Assembly (NCBI GenBank): GCA_951406725.2
Contig: OX597822.1
Span: 16,554,001 to 16,618,000, forward strand
Reading direction: 5' to 3'
From: Octopus vulgaris
Taxonomy: Eukaryota
Length of the DNA: 64,000 nt
In this document: one piece after another, positions 54,487-64,000 of the stretch
Position numbering within the stretch: the first letter of the stretch is position 1
Layout of the letters: each line of letters begins with the position of its first letter
Program-made: the position numbers and the translations under genes
The notes under the pieces: generated by a model
Databases searched by the model: none
Told to the model about the DNA's origin: nothing
What the model saw: the letters and a program-made list of their open reading frames with translations, nothing else

Positions 54487-54715
54487 CGGCGAGCTGGCAG
54501 AAACGTTAGCATGCCGGGCGGAATGCGTAGCCGTATTTCGTCTGCCGTTACGTTCTGAGTTCAAATTCCGCCGAGGTCGACTTTGCCTTTCATCCTTTCG
54601 GGGTCGATTAAATAAGTACCAGTTACGCACTGGGGTCGATATAATCGACTTAATCCGTTTGTCTGTCCCTGTTTGTCCTCTCTGTGTTTAGCCCCTTGTG
54701 AGTAATAAAGAAATA
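54487..54715 (+). mobile_element. SINE family B nested in a family A tail (54440-54895)
   Basis: Full-length B flanked by ggtattgg duplication; the A tail resumes afterwards. Confidence 0.88.
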
Positions 54716-56203
54716 GGTATTGGTTTGTTTAAGTCCCTCCCCCATTACATAACAGTTCAACAAAAGTAACCGACAGAATAAATAGCAGACTTTAAAAAAA
54801 AACAATTTGTGATTTTTATTTGCTTGACTAACACTCTTCAGTGCGGTACTCCAACATGGCCACAGTCCAATGAATGAAACAAGTAAAAAGAAAAATAGAC
54901 TATTTTGAAGTATGAATGCGGACCAAAGTTTGTTGCCAGATGAAGGGTTGCAACTTCGTATCTAGAATATATGATGGAGCCACTTGTTTCTTTGAACGAT
55001 GTCTCGCCGCCCGTCCTCCCTTTCAGCTCATTCCTTCTTCTCTTTTTTTAAAAGATTTCCTTCTTTGGTTCTTTCTATTGATTCGGTGTTGCACGCTGTT
55101 CCATTTCAGAAATAAGTATTCTTCACATTACAACACACACCTTCACTGCAATATCACACCTTCACTTTACCTATGATCTAATTAAAATACATGCTTCATT
55201 ATCATTCCCTATTACAATTTTTACGCCAGTGTTTTTACTTATTTATATACTTTAATTATCTCATTGAAGTTCCTCATAAATAAATCCTGTAACTCTGAAT
55301 ATATTTTATCACAATTTCCAATTTGTTTTCGTTATTGATCTAGTCAATAGAAATTAACTCGTTGTTTTAAGCATAATCGATGCTTTCGTCAGTCTTCCTG
55401 TTTGCTTTCTCTTCCATCACCTATTCATCAAAATTATCACCACCATTATCAGTAGCGCCATTCTTCCAAACTATTATTGTCTGACGTTCTTTACTCACTG
55501 AAAGCAGTTTCCAGCCGTTGCAACCATTGTTTTTAATGTTTTCTACGACAAATTGTTTTAGTACTCACTGTCTACTATTTTGCTTTATATCACGCCGTCT
55601 TTCTCAAAATTTATTGTTCGAAAGCAAGTGTGCTTACAAGAATAAAGTGATATTTCACATCTGAGTATTAATCACTGATTTCTTTTATTTGACAATACCT
55701 ATTCCTAAACGAGACAATATTCTCAGAGTCGTAACCATTTTAGGATCTTTTTTATACTCAAAACACTGGAAAAGAGCAGACATTTGACTTCTGAAAGTAA
55801 AGATGCTTTTTTACGGCTGTTTTATTACATCTATCACAGAAATAAGCCTCAGCAAGGGAATATCTGACACCGAAGTTTTTCCTTTATTCCAACTTACATT
55901 TTACCACTTTTTTCTATATGTGCGTGTGTGTACGTGTTTATATAGATACACACGTATAACACACTCACACACAAGCACATATATAAACATATATGTATAT
56001 AAACACATTTGTATAAAAACACGCTCACAAAAATATGTGTGTGTGTATATTTATATATACATATAGAAATATACATATTTATCTCTTCTACTGAGTATTT
56101 ATATAAAACTTTACGTATCTCCTTCGCCTTATTTTGTGTGATTTTTTACTTTTATTGTCTGATAACTGTTATTGATGATATGAGGTGAAATAGTAAAGCT
56201 TAT

Positions 56204-56246
<43 letters not shown>

Positions 56247-57597
56247 TAGAAATATGGGGAAAAGCAGAAAATAGAAATAAATTTTATGTTTATATGCAAC
56301 ATAAATATAAAACTTTGTCGGTGCTCGGTGAATGTACATGGAACTTATTTTCTGCACGCACACATAAAAAAATATATATATATGCACTCACATAAACACA
56401 TACACATGCACACATATATATATATCTATACACATAAGCACACACACACATACACAAACACACACAACACATTTAGCTAGATACGGCTAAGTTCAAGACG
56501 TTGCTTCACTTGCTGGAAACAACAGCCAAATCCCCCTTAACTCGCATTCAACTTCTTAAGATACTTCGAAGACTTAAGGCAGCCCAAAACATACAAAAGA
56601 CGTCATTTGCGAAATGTCTGTGGATCAATTCCGGTCCAGGGCCACGCACATATCCACAGTCCTGAAGAAGAAGAAGAAGATAAGCGGGGAGACACTAAGA
56701 GCAGCCATTACAAAGCAGGAAATGGATAATAAGAAAACAACAAGAGCTGAAAACGAGGCTGCGAAACGTTCATTAATATCTGTGAGCAAATGAGAGCTTA
56801 GAGTAATATGTTTTCTCTTTATGATTTCGGGTAAAACGTTCAACGGTGATGTTTGATGACTCCATACACAGTGAGATGAATGTCGCGACTTATTAAAATG
56901 GTCAGCTTGGGTTTGTTGATCAGTTGATTGTATTGGAATAAGGACCAAGTAATCGGGCCGGTGGTGTTTATTCGGTGATCAGCGAAACTGTCGTCTGACC
57001 GGCGTCCATTTCATTCATCTTTACGTAATAACAACGCTTACACTCGATACGACTTCGGTGTTTGTGCAATCAAAAATGATCAGAGAAATGGAATTAAGCT
57101 TTAGAATTAGTTATAAATTTCTGTTCGAGATGAAGGGCAAGTAAACCGTTCAAAATGGAATGGGGAAGAGCTAAGTATCGCAGAAAGGAAAGAATCACAT
57201 CCGATCTTGTTTATTTTGAAAAAGTGAAAGGTTTAGAATAAAAGATGGCGCTTCAATGAGAAAAAATAAACGCTGCAGGGGATTGATGGAAAGGTAAAGT
57301 TAGGGTATAAGACAGAAGAGAAGAGGAATATGATAGGGAGTGTGTGTTTATGGTAGATGAGACGCTTTCAATGGTGTAAGCTTGTTGGAGTGCGGAGCTG
57401 CCTTATGATACGGAGTGACTCTACGTGGGGAGGAAATTTCGTATTTCACAGAATTTAAGAAAGAAATCCAAGATGTTATTATAATTAGGCGTCAGAGCAG
57501 AAGACATTTCTACAATAGAAGTTTATTGTTGGGTGGCTGAGAGGAAGACAAGTCAATGTTGGAGAGTGACTGAAGGGATTTATTATTAATTGAAGTA

Positions 57598-57800
57598 TAG
57601 GCTGGCGAGCTGGCAGAATCGTTAGGACGCTGGACAAAATGCTTAGCGGTATTTTATCCGTCTGCATGTTCTGAGGTCAAATAATGCCGAGATCAACTTT
57701 ATCTTTCAATACTTTCGCGGTCTTATGAAGTAAGTAACAGTTGACTTACTACCTGACTCGAAATTGCTAGCCTTGTACCAAAATTTGAAACCATGATTAA
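57598..57800 (+). mobile_element. SINE family B-like, diverged
   Basis: ggctggcgagctggcagaatcgttaggacgc...gaggtcaaat. Confidence 0.65.
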
Positions 57801-59120
57801 TCAAAGTAAGTTGAATGAAACAACGAAATGGTGAAGTCATTAGAGAAACGGGTGCAACGGGTGCAACGGGTGCAACGGTTGCCATGCATTGCTGAATTTC
57901 TTCCTGAATCTGTAGGCTCTGAGATCAAATATTATCGAAGCCAAATTTGCTTGTGATGGTTGTTCTGGCCCCTTTGTGTTCTAAGTGCAAATCCCATCAT
58001 TGGTCTGCTTCGGTGGTAAACCTTATTCCGTGCTCAGAGTAACACCACCACTTGACATCTTTGGATACCTTTAGCGAAGTCCATTCCGTTTTAAGCATTT
58101 GAGCCATGTCACCAATTTCTTCATTTCCACAAATCCCAGAAGTTCTATAAAGAATCATCAGCCCAGCCTTCCCTCCTAACTAAAAGATGGAAAATCTTAA
58201 GAAGAAAACATACAGATAGTCAAACCTGATTATGTGTAAACTAATCTTAAGGACATCAGGCTAAATATAGAATCTTCATACTGGTGATATACACAGTATA
58301 TTACTGGTATTTGTTCATTCTGGTGGTGGGGGCACTTTGGCCGCATGTAAACTAAAATCTAAATTTCCTTTCTGGAAATTACTTATAGAAATTGTATCTG
58401 CACGTTATTAATATCACAAGGTTCAGTGTGTAAAAGAAGGACGAATAAAGTTTATATCATTTCAGGTAAACAGCGATTAAACTGTGGGAAATTATGACAT
58501 GGAATTGGTTAACCTTCAGCTTGTGCCTATTCTAAACAACTTTTTCCCCTCGTTTCACGCAAATTTGTCCGCAATTGCACCATTTTCACGTAGGCAATAT
58601 TACAGTCACTAGAACTCGGAAAATGTTGAGTTTCTTTTCAGTCAGTTATCTACGAAAGTTAAAATCAATAAATTTAATCTTCCTGCTGCTATTTTACAAA
58701 ACAACAACAATTCTTTTCGATTTTTTTTTCTATTTCACACTTTATATATAGTGATTATATATTTAAACGTGGCCAATAAAAAAAAATTAGCATGTTTTTC
58801 AAATCATTGTTTTCAAACAATTTTCGTTGAATTAGCGATGCTAACGTTGTTCTTGCTGTTGTTGTTTCTGTGTTTACTGTTAGAGTTTACTACTTTACAA
58901 ATTTGCCACCATTTAACACTTAAAACTCGAAGCTTTCTTTTTTGTAGAACTTATTTTCACTCTACAAAGTTAAGAACCTGCACATCTGCAGGTGGAGACT
59001 GTGTGGTTAAGAAGCCTTAGTTGCAACCATATGGTTTTGGGTTCAGTCACATTACACGGTACCTTTTATCACTGGTCAGCATATTTACAAAATATCTTTT
59101 AAGGTGAAAATTACAAACAT

Positions 59121-59425
59121 CTTATAAATAAGGGCAAAAGAAAAATTCTTATGCCAAAATTCCGAGAAATAGATTTTAAATCGTTATATAATGACATATA
59201 ATTCATCACTAAAAGCACGCATTTCGAAGCACGCTGACAGAAAATTCTAAAATATTCCGTTATCACTGAATCGTCCCGATTTCTAAGTTAATTCATAAAG
59301 AATTCTCTCGTCATCAGCGGTAAATACGATAAGAAATAAATGAAATACTTACCTGCACACACGAAACAAGCATACGCAAAGCTATATTTGGAATAAGAAT
59401 TTTTTCTTTTGCCCCTATTTATAAG
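59121..59425. mobile_element. MITE-like element with ~40 bp terminal inverted repeats
   Basis: cttataaataagggcaaaagaaaaattcttatgccaaa / tttggaataagaatttttcttttgcccctatttataag. Confidence 0.65.
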
Positions 59426-59426
59426 T

Positions 59427-59477
<51 letters not shown>

Positions 59478-59492
59478 ATGTGTGTGTGTGTG

Positions 59493-59664
59493 TGTAAAGG
59501 TAATATGTGACAATTATTCGGTAGCCAAGATAAAACTCCAAGTTTCGGATGCCGAGGTGGAAATCCACGCCGCCATCTTGTCACATATTAACTTTACAGA
59601 TAAATTCCTCTATTTACATAATATCGAGGTCTCTTTCTTTCTTTTGTTATCTTACCGTTTTTAT

Positions 59665-59667
<3 letters not shown>
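59493..59667. mobile_element. Inverted pair of Penelope-like terminal repeat fragments (same family as 8520-8706)
   Basis: Minus copy 59493-59578 joined to plus copy 59579-59667. Confidence 0.7.
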
Positions 59668-59747
<80 letters not shown>

Positions 59748-59919
59748 ATATATATATATATACATATACAAACATATATCTTCCTTTTCTCTTGGAAGAG
59801 CTTTGCTCGAAACGTAAAACACTCTTTTTCCCTCCCTCTTTTAATACTTCACACGTACCTCTGCGCGCGTTGTTGCTTTTTCTTGTTTTTTTCTTCGTTT
59901 TTTTGGGGGGGGGCGGATT

Positions 59920-59973
<54 letters not shown>

Positions 59974-60564
59974 GCATGTGTGTGTGTGTGCGCGCGCGCG
60001 TTGATTGATGTAACCCAGACTACATTGTACGATGGATTGGAAAGATTATGGAGTGTATATATGCTTAACTGCTATTTCTAGAACATCGCATCATTTAATG
60101 AGTTGGGAATTTTAGTTCTGCAGTCCACATTTTCTGTCAAATTTTTCCAGAGGGAAAGAAACTTGTAAAGAAGTGCTGCATATGGACATATTGAATGGCA
60201 CGATAAGTGAATGGTTATACAACGAAATTGCAAAGTCTCTGCATTTCCTTACACTGGGCGCCAAACAATCTTTTACTTGCTTGAAAATGATTATTTCATT
60301 TCTGTCCATGAAACTAACAATGCGTCTGTAAATAATATGTGTCGGGGATGACCAGCACATCCGCATGATATCTGTTTCAGACTCGAGACGGATTGTGCAA
60401 TTATAAAGTAATTTAGTCTATCGAGGGCGTAAGATGAAGACAATAGATAACAACATGATTACAATATGTTTTTAGTAATTAAGCTGGGGACATGTTATCT
60501 TTGATAAAATGTATATTAGTAATGAACATGACTTTGAATTATATACGCATTGGGTGTTTTCCTG

Positions 60565-60680
<116 letters not shown>

Positions 60681-61580
60681 CATATTGAAATTAAGAAAAA
60701 AATCTCGTCGGAATACTTTAGTTTCATCAGAATATATTTTCTAATTTGACACTCGCCAGGAAAGTGGAATAAAATAGAGATTTCCCAAAACTGTGGCACT
60801 AACAAATTCATCACCAGTCACTGTCTCACATCGTGTCCTCACCTAAAACTATTATGTCTCATGAAGTTGTATAGAAACACTTTTGAACGACATAAATCAA
60901 GTGACAATGCTTCATTGTGTTGTAAGAATTTTGCCAAGAACACATATTTTCCATGTTAATGACGCTCTAAGCAGATGCAATATTAAATTTAGTGAATCTG
61001 TTAGGGCTCGGTTGCAAACGCGAATAATTGGAACACGTTTCGGATATTTTGGATTAGCCCTTCTGATAACAAAAGGGTATGTCAAAGAAAAATACATTAA
61101 TCCATAAGAAGGAAAACTCAACGCCGGAAGACGTTGAACTACTCGGAGTTGAGTAATGTTTCGTTAGCTATCATCTTAATAACAATGATTTCTAGTGCAG
61201 GCATCAGATCGCTTGGCTCTAATTTGCCGTGTGTTTTGAGATATGTCCCTAGATTGCTGACTTGTAGTGCTGTTTATTGGTTCTGGGCAATGAAAGGATC
61301 TGTCGGTCCTGAAGAAAGGGTGTTTGAAATGAAAACTTTAAAGTTTTTAGCTAAACTCTGCAAATCCTTTTCTACCTTAGAATTTACCAGCTCAACTAAC
61401 CCTCTCCTTGTATCTATACATAACATGGAGGATAGATTCTAGTTAGAGAATTAACCTGTGATATCATATTCAGATGACGTGGCAATGTCTCGTGAGATTA
61501 TAAGTAATAGTTAGGACAGAGAAGGATCTGGTCTATTTAGATGACTGGCATCGAGGATAACTTCAAGTTATGCAAAGACT

Positions 61581-62121
61581 TGAAATATGAACTACCTAAC
61601 TGAAGACACAATTAAAAAAAAACTCTTCAATGAGTAAAGATTAATCCACCTTATTGAGATTCCAAGCTAAATGAACATTACTCAATTCTGACTATATGAC
61701 TTGAAAGGATGGAGCGGAGAAGCATCACAGGTTTAAGTAAGGAATTCATTCTGAGATGATTGCGTGATTGAATCTTTCTAATAATATGCATTGCTTGTTC
61801 GATTCTATGGTCGTTGCTCTTAGTGTCTGGAGAGCAATAAATATGGTAGAACCTTGTTTTACGGTTTTATTGGATAACAATCAGTTAAACCAGAATATCG
61901 ATGGAATTTTTTTTTCCATTTCTCTCTCATTCTGTTTCCATCATTGTATACTGGCCAAGCTGGGGCTCGCAAAATTACTGTGCGCAGCTTTCAAAATAAT
62001 GAGTTTTGAAATATAAACTACCTAAATGAAAACACAATAAAAAAACCCTTCAGTGAGTAAAGATTAAACCATCTTATTGAGAGTTCTAGCTAACGAAACA
62101 TTACACAATTCCTAGTATGAC
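61581..62121 (+). repeat. Diverged ~120 bp direct repeat (61581-61700, 62007-62121)
   Basis: tgaaatatraactacctaa...tgagtaaagattaa...cttattgaga...agctaa...acattac.caatt. Confidence 0.75.
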
Positions 62122-62309
62122 GATCTAGATTTTCTTCGTCATAAATATAATTTTTTTTAAATGATTTTGCAGTTCTTGAACGTTAAGTAATATTTCATGA
62201 AGCTCTTCTTATCTAAAAACTTGTTTTAGTAAAAGCTCAGTGAAGATCCGAATCTCGGTTTGTCAGGATATAGTGTTAAACTGACTGACGCATTAAGTCT
62301 ACCACCAAA

Positions 62310-62535
62310 CTAGGCCTTGGTGGGGTTTCAATTACGAATGCAAAGAACGAGAACAAATATCAATATCATAGAATTCCGCCAATCCACCTCCTGAGATGGA
62401 AAATTCTTTGATCGACCCCAAATGAAGGAAAGGTAAAAGTTGGTTTTTGCATGATTTGAACTCGGGGTGTTTTGAGTTGGAAGAATACTACGACGCATTC
62501 TGTCAAACACTCTAATAACTCTGCCAGTTCACCTC
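62310..62535 (-). mobile_element. SINE family B-like, old
   Basis: gatcgaccccaaatgaaggaaagg...atttgaactc...ctctgccagttcacc. Confidence 0.55.
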
Positions 62536-62599
62536 AATATTCAATAAAATGCAAGACTTGAGAACTTTTGGGGATAGATTTTGTAATGCAGTGATGCCT

Positions 62600-62915
62600 T
62601 AAACTCTTCAGAAGAGTTAGAACTGGGAATATATGAATTAATGTTCGTCCGTCGGTTACGACAACAAGCTTTCCAGTTGATCCGATCAACGTGCAAGTGG
62701 CCGAACACTCCACAGACACATGTACCTTTAACGTAGTTCCCAGCGGGACTCATCGTGACACAGAATGTAACAAGGCTGGACCCTTTCAAACTCATTTTTG
62801 CCAGCTGAGTGGACTGGAGCAATGTGAAATAAAGTGTCTTGCTCAAGGACACAAGGTACCGCCAGAAATAGAACTCGCGATCATGACTCGAATTGCCGAA
62901 CCACGAGCATTCAAC
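62600..62915 (-). mobile_element. Third tRNA-derived SINE family
   Basis: rc gagttctatttctggcgg..gtgtccttgagcaagacactttatttcacattgctccagtccactcagctggcaaaaatgag. Confidence 0.65.
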
Positions 62916-62966
62916 GGGCATGTGTGTGTGTATGTGTGTTATGATTAAAGGTTAAATTTAAATTTA

Positions 62967-63038
<72 letters not shown>

Positions 63039-63554
63039 ATGTGGTGGAATGTATATTATAATTAAAGTTTCGATTTGAATTTAGAACTCTAAAAATTTAA
63101 ACTGCGTTTTTGGGTATGTCCCAAGTAGTATGCCGGCAAAGCACGTTCAGTGTTTATGGCTACCTAGCGTCATCCACCGAAATTGGACAATCGTCGTTGG
63201 ATCGACGCGAGGAATTCTATAGCGCACGTTGAGTATAGTAGAAACAGTATGTCCCAAGTAGGGAGCTGTGCAAGATGTGTCGAAACGATTGTTGTGATAA
63301 ATAAAGTTTCTAGTATATTCCATCTTTTGAATGAATTGTTTCCACTATATTTGTGTGTGTGTGTGTGTGTATACACCTGGTTTGAACTATTGATAAATTG
63401 TGAATCATGGTGGGAACTAACAGAATAGTAGAATAGTCAGAACACCGGGAAAAACTGCAAAGCAAGATTTCGAATCGAGAACAAACCCCAAAATTACTTT
63501 CACAAAATAAATAAGCCAGTAGCAATATCAAGAAAATGACGAGTCTTTCTCCTC

Positions 63555-63605
<51 letters not shown>

Positions 63606-64000
63606 CTCCTTCCTCTCTTTTCCTGTCTTTCTAATCTTCTATATCTTTATGCTTTCTACGTCTCATCCTTCCCCAAACATATTTACGCACGTCGAGAGTA
63701 TGCTTACTGTCACGCATTCATAAACGAACTAATCATAATTGATAATAAAGACGGTACAGCAAGCAGCCATATGTACTTGTATGTATATAGACTTACGTGT
63801 AAGCATACGGTCGTCTTGTCATATTTTTAAGGAGACATACTATTACCTAAAGTCACGACATTGAGAATTAGAAGAGCAGATTTATCTATGCACCAACCAC
63901 ACCTACCTAGTCATTCAAATTATCTAGTTTGTCGGATGTTGATATTTCTTAATTTTACTGATGTCAGTCATGTCGACACATCAGCTTCAAGACATAACTT

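Noticed and set aside
57849-57878. (cgggtgcaa)x3
   Set aside because: Short slippage repeat with no further structure

Overview
AT-rich, microsatellite-rich eukaryotic DNA with no recognisable host gene. The repeat content resembles octopus/cephalopod genomes (inference). It contains many tRNA-derived SINEs of at least three families and two RLE-type (R4/Dong-like) LINEs, one nearly full length. There are also Penelope-like remnants with minimal hammerhead ribozymes, a deleted Tc1, a small Helitron inside a ~3.8 kb (TA)n/(TAGA)n tract, and a MITE. The standout is at 40397-46964: three divergent ~2.2 kb elements lie head-to-tail at the same nucleotide just after the A-box of one SINE head. Each encodes only a Tx1/L1-type ORF1-like protein (RRM-like + CCHC), with no RT or endonuclease. 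They have target-site duplications and a conserved 3' tail with a covarying stem-loop. This is a candidate sequence-specific, ORF1-only retroelement family that parasitises a SINE.
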